Of a DNA stretch of 64,000 nucleotides, positions 26,761-41,766 are shown piece after piece. The stretch covers positions 19,592,001 through 19,656,000 of the forward strand of contig JBHGNT010000005.1 of NCBI GenBank assembly GCA_043228905.1, in the 5' to 3' direction. Both the position numbers and the translations under genes were made by a program. The number at the start of each line of letters is the position of its first letter. The stretch's first letter is position 1. The notes below the pieces were generated by a model. The model worked only from the letters and a program-made list of their open reading frames with translations. It did no database searches and was not told the DNA's origin. Origin of the DNA: Azolla caroliniana. Taxonomy: Eukaryota > Plantae > Polypodiophyta.

Positions 26761-28744
26761 TGCAGTGCATCGAGATCTCTCACTATTGTTTAATATGTTT
26801 GACTAAAATGGTTTTCCTTTTTCTAAATTTTGAAAATCACATTAGAGAAAATACTGTTTAAACAAGAAAATTATTAGAGAATCTTTTAAGTATCTTTTGG
26901 AATCCGTTTTTGGAGACATACCTGGTGACATTTTTGCCCTTGTTCATGATGATTGCTTGGTGATGAGTGCTAACTTTGAAGGCTCAAACAATGACTTTTT
27001 TGTTTTGAGCTCTGAGCTTTGTAATCTTGTGACACATGATGTTGACAATAAGGGTAGGTCCATCCTTTATTATTAAAAATAATAAAAATAAAAATAATAG
27101 TAACTTTTTTTATTAGTTTTTTTCAAATAAAATTTATTTTTCACAATTAAAATTTTTTTACAAGAAAAAATAGAAAAAAATTTAAACTTCAAATGAAAAA
27201 AATACATTAAAATAAAGACCGGTTTTCTAAAAAATTATTTTCCAAAGAAAATAAAATTTGAAAATTTAGGTGAATTAGACATAACCTAAAGAAATGATAT
27301 AACGTAAGGTAATTTTAATAAATAAAATAATAAAATTGTATACAAACTAATTTTGGGGACAATCAACTTACAAAATACGTTGATAATAAATTATGTATGT
27401 TTTTAGGTTTTCCTATATGAACAATTTGCTTCAAGGAAGATGCTAAAATGAGAAAGAGTTTTGTTTATTTGTAGTAACGTGTATTTGTTTCTTGAGTGTT
27501 GCTTTTTAGATGTCTTCCGCTTCGAGTAGAGCTAAATCTTTGTTTTCTGTGGACCCTTATGCCTTGTCAAGTAGGTCATATTTCTCAATCGATGAGTACA
27601 ATGTTCAAAGTTTGGTAAAGGGTTTCCTTAAACGATCAAAGGTTGATAATGATTCTAGCTCTAACTCACTTTTCTCAATCAATCCTTATAAGAATGCGCC
27701 AAATATTGGTTTGTAATGTGCTAGTAGTGAGTTGAATGAAGTCTCAGTAGATGAAGTTTCTAAGACCAAACCTTTAAGTTTTAAATGAGTTCCTAAACAA
27801 GTTAGCTTCAAGAGATTTAACTTTCTATGTTTTGATCGTCATATTATTTGCGATTCGAGTAAGTCATGTTGTGGCAATCTATGCCTTAACAAATTTGGAA
27901 AGATAAATTTGCAAAGAATGTGGGAGAAGTATCTATCACTTAATGGTGATGAGCAAGATACGTTTCTTATTTCACCTATGCAATTTGTTAGAGATCAGGG
28001 CGTAGGGACGCATGTGGAATATTTTCTTGATCTAAGAATTAAGTGTTGTGGAGCAACTTTAAAAATTGCTCATAACATTGGGAACATGAGGCTTCAAAGG
28101 ATTTAGGAATGTATGGTAAAGGGATCGTGGATACCTTTCAATACTAATACCTCAGGTGGTAAGGGAATTATAGGGTGTCATTGTATAAATTGGATGCATG
28201 TCTACTTCTCTAAGCACGACGATATCATGCCTACTACTAGGAGATTGCACTTGTCAGATAACTTACTCGACATGAGGTTGATCAAGAATATAAGGATGAC
28301 ATGTTGTTACAAGGTGTACCTTATGTACAACATCGACATTTCAATAGATTATGGAGGCTGCAATTTAACAATGTCGTTATACCATGCAAGGTTCACATGG
28401 GTGTATGTCCAGTTTGTGCAATAGCCAAGGGTGGGAAATCTGATGAAGAAATAAAAAATTACAAGAACTCGTTGAAAGATCATCGCGAGAGTCAAGCATT
28501 GGAACGTTCTAAAGCTATGCGTCACTGTCAAAAAGCTCTTCAATCACCTGAAAAGTATATGTGTATAATTATTGATGGAATGGATCAAAAGATGACCTGT
28601 TTGCCACACTTTCAAAGGATGCCAAAGGATATTGGAGATGAAGGCCTTGTGGAGATACATTTAGTGGTTTGTTTGTGGTACTCCCAAGAAATAAACCCAC
28701 TATAGGTATACTTAACCTATCCCAATATTCATAATGACCCTAAT

Positions 28745-31700
28745 TGTTGTCCATAGGCCAGAAATATAATTATGACGGGAACTCAACGCTCCTTATGCAC
28801 AACGCTCGGCCACAACCGAGCTTAGAATCATACACAGAAAAACAGGAAACGGAAAACACGCGACACAAAGGAGAAGAAAAATGTGCACAGGATGTTTACG
28901 TGGAAAACCCAAACTAAGGGAAAAACCATGGCAGCCCACAAGCTGCAAACTATCACTATGTTAGAATGTACAACAGTGAGTTCACGGAGGCAACGACCTC
29001 ATGCTCACGATCTTCGCCACAGGCGGCGGTTACAACAGAGGCAACGACCTCGTTCTCTCTCTCTCTCTCTCTCTTTGTACACTGTTACGCGCTCTCTCTT
29101 CTTGCACCAACAAGAAAATGACAACAACCAGTAAATAAAAGTTTGCCCTAAGTCATATTTATACTAATATGACTTTTCGGCTATTTACAAATATAGCCTC
29201 AATGGACTCTCAGAAACATATTTACGAATATGTCTCTTAATCCGGTTTCGGCATTCCTCACCGGGTCTACGTCATCCGGCTCTCCGTAGCCGGGTACTCC
29301 TCATCCGGTTCTCACCGGGTCTGTGTCATCCGGCTCTCCGTAGCCGGGTACTCCTCATCTGGTTTTGGCCTCGACCGAGTTTGTTCATCGGCACTGTTCT
29401 TCTCTCTTCCCATCCGGAGGGACCTATCTCCCAACAAACTCCCCCTTCACTCCGGCATGGGGTGTCTTACAAGTCCGATCCTCTTCCAACAGGCATTCAG
29501 CTTGTCGAGTATTAGAACTTTGGTCAGCATATCTGACCCGTTCTCGGTCATGTGGATCTTCGTCAGTGCGAACTCCTGGTCATCTACTCTTTCCCGGATC
29601 CAGTGATACCTTCGCTGGATATGCTTCGTCCGGGAATGGTAGGCAGCATTCTTAGCAAGGTGGATGACACTTTGACTGTCGCAATAGAGTCGGTATTCAT
29701 CTTGCCGGATACCGAGCTCTCCGATGAAGTCCTTCATCCATAATATTTCCTTGCCGTCTTCCATAGCCGCCATGTACTCCGCCTCCGTGGTTGACAATGC
29801 AACCGTCTTCTGCAGCCTCGACTGCCACGAAACAGCTCCCCCTGCATATGTCATTACATACCCGGATGTAGACCAGTTGGTATCCACATCAGCCGACATG
29901 TCCGAATCGGTGAAACCGTCCAGTTGAGGTTATTCGAAGCCGAATCAGAGACACATATTTGAAGTTCCCTTCAAATACCGGAGTATCCATTTGACCGCGT
30001 TCCAGTGCTCCTTGCCGGGACTGCTCATAAACCGGCTCACCACTCCGACTGCGTATCCTATATCCGGTCGGGTACACACCATTGCGTACATCAATCTCCC
30101 GACGGCAGAGGCATATGGAATCTTCATCATATCCGCCTTCTCTGCTTTCGTCTTCGGGCTTTGCTTACCGGATAGCCTGCAGTTTGCCGGAAGTGTCGAT
30201 CCGACCGGTTTCGCATCTGACATGTTGAACCGGTGAAGCACCTTTGTCACGTACTTCTCCTGTGACAACCATAATTGCTTCACTGACCGGTTCTGGATAA
30301 TATGCATCCCCAGCATCTGTCTTGCCGGACCCAAGTCTTTCATTGAGAAGGTCCGGTTGAGGGCCTTCTTTAGCATCCGTATTTTGGCTTGGTCCCGTCC
30401 GACGATCCACATGTCATCCACGTACAGAAGGAGTATTAGGAAGTCGCCTCCTTCAAACTTCTTTACAAACACGCAGTGATCGGCCTGCGTCTTGTGGTAC
30501 CCTTGATCGGTCATGAAGGAGTCAAACTTCCGGTACCATTGCCGGGGGGCCGGCTTCAACCCGTAGAGGCTCTTCTTCAACCGGCATACCAGGTGCTCCA
30601 TCCCTTTCTCCACAAATCCCTCCGGTTGCTGCATGTAGATCTCCTCTTCGAGGTCGCCATGAAGGAATGTCGTCTTCACGTCCAGCTGTTCTACCTCGAG
30701 GTCCATGCTTGCTGCTATACTCAGCACCGTCCGGATGGAGGTCATCTTTACTACCGGGGCAAATATCTCGTCAAAGTCCACGCCCTTTTTCTACTGGAAC
30801 CCCTTCACCACGATCCTGGCTTTGTATCTCGGGGGATTGCCAGCATCTCCCGGTTTCAACTTGTAAACCCACTTATTTCAGAGTGCCCGTTTTCCTTTCG
30901 GCAACTCCACCAATTCGTACGTATGGTTCTCATGCAGGGAATCCATCTCATCCTGCATGGCGCTTAACCATTTGCGGCTATGGGTGTCATCCTTCACTTC
31001 TTCGAAGCTTTCTAGCTCCCCCTCATCGGTCAGCAACACATGCTCTGCATCCGGAAATCTCCGGGGGGGCCTTCTCTCTCTGAGAGGATATCTCCGTCTT
31101 TGGGCTTCGGTAGCCGGCTCCTCCATTTGCTCTTCATCCGAATCCAATTTGGGGTCTAGGCCGGTTCCGGTCTCAGCTTCCTCTACTTCTTCTTCTGCCG
31201 GTACATTATCCTCACCGTAACCGGCTGGTTCCTCGAGTGCTAACCGGTCTCTTGCAGGTTGGGTCTGCTCATCGTAGAATCTATCCTTACCGGTCAACTC
31301 GGAGTTCATTATCTTCTTCTCCGACTCCCAGTCGACGAGCGTCTTGTCCTCCATGAAGATAATATCTCGACTCTGGAATACCTTCTTGTCGACCAGGTCC
31401 CACACTCGGTAGCTGAACTCATCGTCACCATAACCGAGGAATATGCATGGTTGGGTCTTTGGATCTAACTTTCCTCTCTGATCCTTAGCTACATGCACGT
31501 ACGCGAGACACCCGAACACCTTCAGATGCCGGTAGGATACTTCCTTACCGGTCCACACTCTCTGTGGCGTGTCTCCGTCCAAGGGTACTGAGGGTGATCT
31601 ATTTATCACATATGTCGCCGTCGACAGTGCTTCAGCCCAAAACTTCTTGGGTAGTTTTGCATGCGCTAGCATACTCCGGACCCTCTCCATTATGGTCCGG

Positions 31701-34205
31701 TTCATCCTCTCGGCCAGTCTGTTTAGTTCCGGCGTCTTCGGCACGGTAAATTCGAGCCGGATTCCCTTCGAGCGGCAATACTCCTCAAACTGCCCCCGGT
31801 ATTCTCCTCTGTTATCTGCTCGAACCGCCTTCAGCTTCCGACCGGTTTCTCTTTCCACTCTCGCGTGGTGCTCTTTGAAGACGGATAGCACCCGATCCTT
31901 CGTCTTCAGCGGTGTGGCCCACAGCTTCTGACTGTGGTCATCTATGAAAGTCACGAAGTACTGTACTCCGGCATGTGACTTCGTGTCTACCTGACACACA
32001 TCCGTATGCACCAACTCCAGTGGTGCATTACGTCTCATCGGTGGCCTTGGTCGGAAGGAGGTCCGATTTTGTTTACCAGCCAGACAATCAGTGCACTTCT
32101 CCAAGTGCACGTTCTTCACTGGAATGAGGTTGTCGTCTGCAAGCCTCTTGATCCCCTTCTCGCTCATATGACACAGTCTCTTGTGCCACAGCTCACCGGC
32201 AGTGTCGGATGCCAAGTTTACTTCTTCCGGACATAACCGGGCATTCATTAGGTACAATGTGTTGACCTTCCGGGCCCTAGCCACAATCAGGCTCCCTTTG
32301 CTGAACTTCATGACACCGTTCCGGATGCTACCCGTGTAGCCTTCATCATCTAGCCGACCGGCTGATATCAGGTTCAGACGAACCTCCGGAACGTGTCAGA
32401 CATCCTTTAGCAGCAACTTGCATCCGGTTGGTGTTGACAGCCACACGTCTCCTATGCCGACAATTCGGCATGTACCTTCATTCCTCATCTGGACACAGCC
32501 GTGATCACCGGCTGAGTAGGATGAGAAGCATTTCCGGTCCGGGGTAAGGTGGAACAATGCTCCGGAGTCTACCACCCAGGTCATCTTGTCGCCGGCAAGG
32601 TTTATCTCACTCTCCTCGGTGATGAGCATCAACTCTTCTTTACTTGCCGCGATTGCCGTCGTTCCCTTCCGGTCCGTTCCCCTTCGGTCTTTACCGTTTC
32701 GGTCCGGGGTCCGCTTCGAATCGGTACCGTCGGTTTCCTTGTCTTTACGGAAATGTCGATAGTTCTTTTGGAAGTGTCCTGGCTTGCCGCAATAGAAGCA
32801 AGTGGGCCTCCCCCTTGACTTTGACCGTGTCCCCGACTTCTCCCGGTTTTGGGGACTACGGTTTCTATGTCTTCCGCGTTCCGATTCGGTAAGGAGCGCT
32901 TTGGAGTCGGAGCTTGTATCTTTATCTTTCCGACGCGCCTCCTCATCTAGCAAGCTCGACTTTACTCTTGCTAGGGATAACCGCTTTCCTTCCGGCCCGG
33001 CGTTGCCCAAAGTGACAACCAACTATCCGGGAGGGAACCGAGCAGGAGTAGCGCTAGTACCTCGTCGGCGAGAGGTACTTCCAATGATGTTGCCTAGTGT
33101 ATCCGCCCCTGGAAGGCATTCATGTGCTCCGCCATGCTGGAGCCATCTTGGTACCGGAGTCTTACTAGCTTCCGGAATACCGAAACCTGATTAACAACAT
33201 TTTTGTTTTGAAACATTATGCCGATCTTCTCCCAGAGCTCATGAGCCTTGCTCTCCTCATTGAAGTTGTTGTACAGGCTCATGTCGATGAAGCACCGTAT
33301 GTACGCCATTGTCTTCATGTGCATCACCTCCCATATCGCGGCGTCGATTTTGTCCTGTCTCTTGTCCCCGAATTGAACCGGCAACCAAAGGTCTTTAACC
33401 ACGAGCATGTCCATCATCTTCGACTTCCACACTGAATAGTTGGAGCCTGTGAGCTTGAACATGCCGCCAAACGATTCGTCCATTTTCTGTGTCATTTCGC
33501 TCTAATACCACTTGACGGGAACTCAACGCTCCTTATGCACAATGCTCAGCCACAACCGAGCTTAGAATCATACACAGAAAAACAGGAAACGGAAAACATG
33601 CGACACAAAGGAGAAGAAAAATGTGCACAGGATGTTTACGTGGAAAACCCAAACTAAGGGAAAAACCACGGCAACCCACAAGCTGCAAACTATCACTATG
33701 TTAGAATGTACAACTGTGAGTTCATGGAGGCAACGACCTCGTGCTCACGATCTTCGCCACAGGCGGCGGTTACAACAGAGGCAACGACCTCGCTCTCTCT
33801 CTCTTTCTCTGTACACTGTTACGCGCTCTCTCTTCTTGCACCAACAAGAAAATGACAACAACCAGTAAATAAACGTTTGCCCTAAGTCATATTTATACTA
33901 ATATGACTTTTTGGCTATTTACAAATATAGCTCTGCACAGGACTGTTTCTGGCCGAGAGCCGTGTGTTGTATTCATTGTGAGCTTTCTCATTTAATATAA
34001 ATCTCGCTCTTACTGTTCTTTCATCTGTGTGTTCTCCCCATACTCGTAATCCTAGCTACGTCTACGTCTATCGGGTTGTAGCCAGTGTAAGCTCCCCGTT
34101 CCCCTAACGTCTCCTCGGTGTAGAAGAAGCCTTCACGTAACATGACCCCTTGATACCGATAGCCTATGGGCTCATCGAAGGTGTTTCCTCCAGAAACGGT
34201 TAACA
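28745..34205. mobile_element. solo-LTR-like insertion (pieces 28745-28772 and ~33932-34205) hosting copia L
   Basis: TGTTG..TTAACA bounded by TSD CTAAT (28740-28744, 34206-34210) inside the transposase. Confidence 0.75.
28773..33931 (-). mobile_element. Ty1/copia element L; 5' LTR truncated
   Basis: 3' LTR 28773-29436 with PPT at 29437-29446. 5' LTR 33513-~33931. PBS TGGTATTAGAGC 33499-33510. Gag 33094-33495, protease 32396-33022, integrase 30878-32311, RT 29945-30781 (YVDDM), RNase H 29447-29899. Confidence 0.95.
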
Positions 34206-34612
34206 CTAATCTTACAGTCATAGTAATGCAAAGAGTGTTACAATCTTGGCCTGGTATACTCTCGCTTGTTCTATATGTGCAACTTGACAACAGAGTTAGA
34301 GAGAACAAAAACCCAACGATTTTTGGTTATTTGAGGAATGCTAGTAGAGAAGGGTATATTCAAGAAGATCAAGGTACACTTCTTGATTGTTGGACATACA
34401 CATGATCATATAGATCAAATGTTCAACAGATTCTCAAAGAAATTAGCACGACGCGATGCCTTCATGGTTCCCATGCTAACCAAGTTGATCAGTGAAACTT
34501 ACACACCAAAACCTGAAGTACATCATTTGAATGAAGTGTATGATTTCAAATGCTTTTGCAATGTAGGTGATGGGATAAAGATCAAGGTTCTTGCACCTCT
34601 TAATAATATTAG

Positions 34613-37600
34613 TGTAAAGAATCGGATATGATTCTTGTGCAGCGGAAGAGATGTGTGTTATGTGTATGTGTGAGCGAAGGAGATGAGAGAAGAGAAAACA
34701 CAAGATGAATAGATGGAAGAAAAATGAAGTACTCAAGAAGAAGGTGTATATTCACAAGTAAAATAACAATACAAAATGTAGCATTACAAGGAGTCACAAC
34801 CGACACTATATGAAGTAGGAGGAGGGTGCTTCACATATGGAACTCATTACTTATGTGTCATAGAATATGATTCTATGACACATAGTTAATGTGTAGAGAG
34901 TATTGGTGTGACTCTTGACCTTTGAATGATCATAGATTCTCAAAGCTGTGTTCACACGTTGCACTAGGTTGAGCTTGATTCTCAACATGCCCCCTCAAGC
35001 TCAACACGGCTTAGTTCCTTTCGGTGGATGTCCACTTTGGCTAGTATCCGGTTCGGACGATCTCTGGTGTCCGCTTCGGCTCATACCTTGTTCAGACGAT
35101 ATTTGGTTCTCTCTTGTACTCCCCCTCAACCTTGGCAAGTCAGGGATCGTCAATCCAAGTTTTGACATGAATTGCTGAAGCTTGTCGGCTCCTAATGCTT
35201 TGGTGAATATGCCGGTCGTGTGAAGATTCGTGTTGATGTGTTGAAGGTCGACATCTCCGGCATGTACGCACTCTTGAATGCAGTGATAGTGCACTTCGAT
35301 ATGCTTTGTGCGTGCGTGGAACACTGGGTTCCGAGCCAGGTAAATACTACTCATGTTGTCGTAGTAAAGGGGAATCAGATCTTGGATGGCAACGCTCAGA
35401 TCCTTCAATATCCTCTTGAGCCATACGGCTTCACATGTAGCCATGATTGTGCCCTTGTATTCGGTCTCTGTGCTTGAAAGTGTAACAATAGGCTGCTTCT
35501 TACTACTCCAAGATATTTCTCCACTACCAAGCGAGAAGACAAATCCGGAGGTCGATTGTCAATCGGCTCTATAGCCGGCCTAGTCGGCATCTGTGTACCC
35601 TTCGAGTCGAATTGGTGTGGCCGATTTGTAGAGAATACCACAATCCATTGTTCCACTCACGTATCGTAACACTTGCTTAGCACAATCAAAATGAATATCT
35701 TGTGAAGTTTGCATGAAATGGCTAAGGAGGACGACGGGATGGCTCAGGTCTGGTTGAGTGATCGTGAGGTAGATGAGACTCCCGATTAGCTATCGATACC
35801 GAGTCAGCTTGCACATGTTTGTGCCGGAGTTAACATCCAGTTTGAGGTTTCGATCGAGAGGGTTTGCCACATATTTGCACTCAGTCATCCCGAACTTGTA
35901 TAATAAGTTGCGGATCTAGTGCCATTCAGAGATCATAATGCCGGTCGGAGTTCGAATTACCTTGATGCCAAGGAAGTAATGGAGCTCCTTCATGTCTGTC
36001 ATCTCGAATTTGTTGGAGAGGAGGGACTTCACCTTGTTGATGTTGACTAAACACTCACCTCCAATAACCAAATCATTCACGTATAGGATGATGAAAATTG
36101 GGCTTCTAGAGTCGTTTCGTACATAGAGGGAGTTGTCGGATTTCGACATTCGAAAGCCTATTTGATGAAGATATTGCGTTATCTTTGAATGCCAAGCACA
36201 TGGTGCTTGCTTAAGACCGTAGTGAGGCTTCTTCAGTTGGCAGAAGACTTTCAGATGAATGTTGGATTCGAAGCCGGGTATACACCTCCTCTTCTAATTC
36301 GCCTTGAAGAAAGGCATTCTTGACATCCATCTTGTGGAGATGCCACCCTTTCACTGCTTCGAGTGCGATTATGGTCCACATAGTCGTCATCTTTGCCACC
36401 AGGGCAAATGTCTCTTCGTAGTCGATTCCATGTGTCTATGCGTATCCTTTTGCTACGAGTCGAGCTTTGTATCGGTTGAGGGAGCTGTCAACATTATAAG
36501 TTTCACCTTATAAATCCATTTGTAGCCGATAACCTTCTTGTGCGGTGAGTAGGGAATGAGATCCCATGCCTCGTTTTTGGAGAGTGCTTGCATCGCCTCA
36601 TTCATCGATTCAAACCATCTGGGGTCCTTCACGGCTTTCAGAAAAGTTTCCGACTCTCGTACAATCGCTACCTTCATCATAAAAGCGTAATGGTACGCCA
36701 TATACTCATCGTAGTCGAATCAACTTATCGAGTTCTTTTCTCGGGTGAATCGGCAGAGCTTCTCCTTTGCGGATACTAAGGATTTCTTTGCTCCATTTGT
36801 CCATATGTCAAGGACTTCAAACTCACAATTGAGGGAATGAGTCGACTAGATTTCGATTTGATCTTCGTATTCCGGCATATTACCCTTCCCTTTGTCCAGC
36901 TTCGGACTCGGCCGAGATATGCTTTGACCCACTAAGACTTGTCGTAATCAAGCTTTCTTCGAACATGTGTTCGAGTAGATCCTTCTTCTTGTATCTCTTG
37001 TTTGGCGGATTCTGGGTCGTGTGGGATCAAACTTGAAGTTGTCTCTGGTGTGTACAAAGATTCTGACTCGTCGAAAATGACGTCTCAACTTACTAGAGCT
37101 TTTCGGGTAGAGGGGTTATAGCACTTGTAACCCTTTTGCTCCAGTGAATATCTACGAGGATACATTTCTCCGACTTCAGGTTGAGCTTTTGTCGCTTCTC
37201 ATCAGGGATGTGCGTGTATGCAATGGAGCCGAATATCCGAACATGTGATAGATCTTGCTTCTTTCCGAAAAACTTCTTGTGCGGGGTAACCTCATGCACT
37301 CTGGATGTCGTGCACCGATTCATGAGGTAGATGACAGTATTCATTGTTTCGACCCAATATGACTTCATTAGGTGCTTTTCGTTCATCATGGCTCGTGCTA
37401 CTTCGAGGATGTGTTGATTCTTTCGTTAGGCTACTCCATTTTGTTGTGGCGTATGTCGACATAAAAACTCTCGTCAAATGCCTTCTTTCCATAGAATAGC
37501 CGAAAAGTCGTTGAAGAAGTACTCCTTTCCTCCATTCCACCGAAGACATCGTACATGTCGGCCTGCGGCTTTCTCAACTTCATTCTTAAATTTTTGGAAG

Positions 37601-39644
37601 TGTCTGAACACTTCGCTATTTTGCCGCATGGGGTAGGTCCAGGTGTGTCTAGAGAAGTCGTCAATGAAGGCCACGTAGTATCGGCATCCACCGAATGTAG
37701 CCGTTTGAGCTGGCCCCTATACATCAGAATGAATTACGTCGAGTACGCCTTTGCTCACTTTCCTCTCCTTCTGGAATGGGTGTCGATGTTGGTTGCCGAA
37801 TTGGCATGCTGCACATACGCCTTCAATCTTTCTCTTTGACGGTTGGGATTCTGATCATGACTCCTTTCGATTGCATTGCCTTGAGCTTTTGGAGGTTAAT
37901 GTGGCCGATCCTCTTGTGCCATAGTTGTATGTCGGAATCGGCTTTCGTGTCAACATGGTTGATTTCATCTCGTGCGAGTCGAGAATGAGCATTTGGCCCT
38001 CTCTTCGTCCGCGAGCGATGAGTTGACCCTCTTTTTTGATGAAGCAATTGCCTTGATTAAATCAAAATTGCATCCCTTGCTCAACAATTTGGCCGACAGA
38101 GACAAAAATTTTCGTAATGGTTGGTACATGCAAGACATTCGTAACATAAGTTTGCTTACCTTCTTTTCCGATGGAACATTGCCGATGTGCTGAATCGGAT
38201 GAGTAGTGTCGTCTCCGGTTTCGACATAGTCGGGTCGGTTCGGCTCTCGAAGTTCTCGAAACCATTCTTGATGAGACATCATATGATACGAGGCACTGGA
38301 GTCGATGAACCATACGTCTTCCGAACTAGATGCACTATTTGAAGTAGAAGCCGATATAGAATTTGCTCTATGTCTCATCACGAACATTCCACCGTGATCG
38401 TCATAATCGGAGTTGGTGGCGTAATTGGTGAGTTGTCGACTAGTGGAAGTTGATTCGTGCATCTTCTTTTGACACTCTTCTTCATGGTGGCCGATTTTGC
38501 CGCAATATCCGCATTCGATCGAGGTTTGTTGGCTCGGGCCGGAATGGAAGCTCCCCCCTTCTTTCGCAGGTTCCTCGATGGCTTCCGTCTTGTTGCTGAA
38601 ATTGGGAGATGTTTTTGTGAGTCGGACCTCGTCCACCTCATCCTTGGCTGAATCAGCCTCTTGCTCGGCCACGTCCTCTTCCTCCATTTGAATGCATGTA
38701 TAACATGCGGCCTTCCGAGGTGTTGCTCCTTGTTCGAAAATGGTTTTCTTCGACCAACAACATGGATTGAAGATCGAAGAAAGACGGAGGATTCTCCCAT
38801 GCTAGTATGGCGGTCCTCATCGCGCTGAACCGTGGTGCAAGGCCACCGAGGCATATTTTCACCATCTCATCATCGTCCACATTGACGATTATTGAGCCGA
38901 GCAAGTCACAAAGCTCCTTGATCTTCAAGGTGTAGCTTATGACAGACATATCCCTTTGTTGGATGGTGTTCAACTCTTGGCGTGGGTGAAGCTTTCTCGC
39001 GCTTGTGAGAGCGCTCCCCATTTGAGTATTCATTGTCGATGAAGCTTTCTTTCTTCTTTTCCTTCTCTCTCTAACACGAGCTATGTAGTTGCACTACGAT
39101 AGTGATGAGCCGGTTCTTCTTGAACGTCGGCGTAGAACACAACACATGCGGACGGGCTAGATCGAGCTTTTAAACCGCTCTGATACCATGTAAAGAATCA
39201 GATATGATTCTAGTGCAGCGGAAGAGATGTGTGTTATGTGTATGTGTGAGAGGAAGGAGATGAAAGAAGAGAAAACACAAAATGAATAGATGAAAGAAAA
39301 ATGAAGTACTCAAGAAGGTGTATATTCACAAGTAAAATAGCAAATACAAAATGTAACATTACAAGGAGTCACAACCGACACTATATGAAGTAGGAGGATG
39401 GTGCTTTATATAAGGTCACCCTCTCTCTTCATTAACTCACTACAACAACTACTCTCTCTTGGGGAATGTGAAGACCCATAGTCATGGGGAATATGGAACT
39501 CATTACTTATGTGTCATAGAATATGATTCTATGACACATAGTTAATGTGTAGAGAGTAGTGGTGTGACTCTTGACCTTTGAATGATCATAGATTCTCAAA
39601 GGGTGTGTTCACACATTGCACTAAGTTGAGCTTGATTCTCAACA
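34613..39644 (-). mobile_element. Ty1/copia element F, two LTRs, degenerate
   Basis: LTRs 34613-34987 (internally shortened) and 39189-39644. TSD ATTAG. PBS 39177-39188, PPT 34988-34999. Gag, PR, INT, RT and RH fragments at 35001-39033. Confidence 0.95.
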
Positions 39645-40450
39645 ATTAGTTTTAACCATGTCTTCCTAATCAAACGAGATGTTAAAAACCACAACACAAC
39701 TCTAATGTTTGCGAAACAATACGCATTGAGTAAACAATGGGAGCCACAAGAGGGTTGTAAGTTCTTACTTCATATCCCAAAATGATGAAATTCATGTTGC
39801 TGAACAAATGTCGTATGACCATCGTAAGAAAATAGCTTCTTGCATCTCTATTGAAGAGCAAAGGATATATTGGGAGCAATATCTTGAGGACAAAATCAAA
39901 ACTATTGAACGAACAAAGAGGCATGCAGGTGACTTGAATGTTGACTGGTGGGGTATCTTCTTTGATCACCAACGCACAATTTTACAGAACTATATTGCCA
40001 GATATTGGCCACTCATAATTTTGTTCACATGGACTGTTAGTATGCCATCGAACGTGCCCACCTCTCAACATCGATTAGTAGATAATATGGAACTCAATAA
40101 TTTAGTTCAACCACAACAAAGAGATATTTACGTGGGACCAAGAATATCACGTACAGTCCAAGCAAGATTGCAAGGAAATTTACATGAGCTACAAGTTGGG
40201 ATGTTGGTTGCAACATAGTAGGGGATAATGAGTTTGACCATCCATTTTGGGTTGCTAAGATTCTTGAGATAATGAATAATGAACAAAGCAATCAACTTAA
40301 GTCAATTGTGTTCCATTGGTATCACAGATCTTCCCCTAACGCATTTACTAGAAAGTATTCTTTAGAGATGGTCAAGGACGTTGAAGGCACATACAAAAAG
40401 CAAGGAAAAATGTACCTAGCATATCAACTCTCACACTTGATTTTGTTGAT

Positions 40451-40972
40451 AGGAGCGCCAACAAGGCATCAAGACACTAGAAGAAGCTAACTGCAAGGTT
40501 TGGCAGACACTAAAACAACGATCCAACCTCAACTTGAGGTTGAGGGGGAGTGTTGAGTGGAAAAGCTCAACTAGATCGGTATCTGGAACGGAGAACCGGA
40601 TAGGTTCCGAAACCAAGAATCAGATCATAGAGCCGCATCGAATTGTAACTGGTAGGCCGTTAGAGGCCTACAATCTTAGCCAAGTATGTAGGCATATTCC
40701 TTAGAGTTAGTGTCACTCTCTTGTATGAGCATTGAAGTACTTTTCAGTACTTCTATCAGTCCTTTTAAGGACTTGTATTAAACAATCTCCTATAGGACAA
40801 TTGTATGTACATAGTGATATTTTGAAATTAAGTTCATGTTGTTCTACTCTCTCTCTGTTTCTCCCGTGTATTCATTGTGTGTTTTGAAGCTTCCATTGAA
40901 CCTGTGTGTATTTTCTGTTAACATCCGATGAAGTCGGTTAGGTCTTCAAGCTTCCACGCATAATTCTTCACA
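40451..40972 (+). mobile_element. copia 3'-end remnant G (PPT plus LTR)
   Basis: PPT TGAGGGGGAG 40541-40550. LTR 40551-40972 (TGTTGAG..CTTCACA) resembles the LTR of element H. Confidence 0.85.
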
Positions 40973-41766
40973 ATGAAGACAAAAAGAGGTGCTGAAAATG
41001 ATGATGTTGATGAAGAGGCAATGAAGATGATGATGATGAGAAAGCCTCTCTACAAGGAACAACTATGACTATGGTGACGATGGCGTCTCTAAAACAAAGG
41101 ATGTTGATGATGGTAACTTTGGAAGCAAGGACGGTGATGATAGTAACTCTAGAAGCAATGGTGATGATGAAGACGAGGGATGCTTCTAGTTGGTAGGGAT
41201 TCAAACTGTCAGGGACACATGAAGCACGGACTAGGATAGAGCACGGATGATGGGGCTATGAACAACGGCCTATGAACTTGGAGCTAGAAGTGACGTGGTT
41301 AGGAACTCTAGAAGTTATGAGCGACATGAGAGCATGACGACAGAGATGAAGAAGGAGACAAGATGGAATGAAACGAGAATACTAGATTGATGTGTCAATG
41401 ACTGGTGTGGACCAAGGAATTTACAAGTATGTATACAAGTTCCGAGGTTGAATATCTTTAGAATATACTCGAGAAATATCTCTAGAATATACCCGTCTAG
41501 AGTATACCATACAATATTTCTAGAATATACCAACAACTAGAATATTCTTATTCTGAAATAGACTATGTGCTAAACTATACAATACTAAATTTTTATATAT
41601 AAATACTTGCTCATATCAAAATGGTTGAGCATGAAATCTTGTTGATGTGAGGTTGCAGGTTCAATCCTCAACAACTATGTATTTGATGTCAATGTGTCGT
41701 GACATTATCCTCCCCTTTACGATCGCCTTTTCGACAACGTGGTGTAGGGGTGAATGGGAATTGGAG

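Larger units (their letters stand above)
27510..40450 (+). pseudogene. Sola-like (DUF7869-type) DDD transposase, split into three pieces by LTR insertions
   Basis: 27510-28744 (CPVC, CIIIDGMDQKMTCLPHF, YLTYPNIHNDPN) + 34211-34612 (LYVQLDNRVRENKN, FLIVGHTHDHIDQMF, KVLAPLNNIS) + 39650-40450 (FNHVFLIK..FWVAKIL..HWY). The frame rejoins across TSDs CTAAT and ATTAG. Confidence 0.85.

Noticed and set aside
41609-41675. functional tRNA gene (also 43274-43340 and 51105-51165)
   Set aside because: Only A/B-box-like motifs; I could not form a convincing acceptor stem or cloverleaf, and they lie within repeats.
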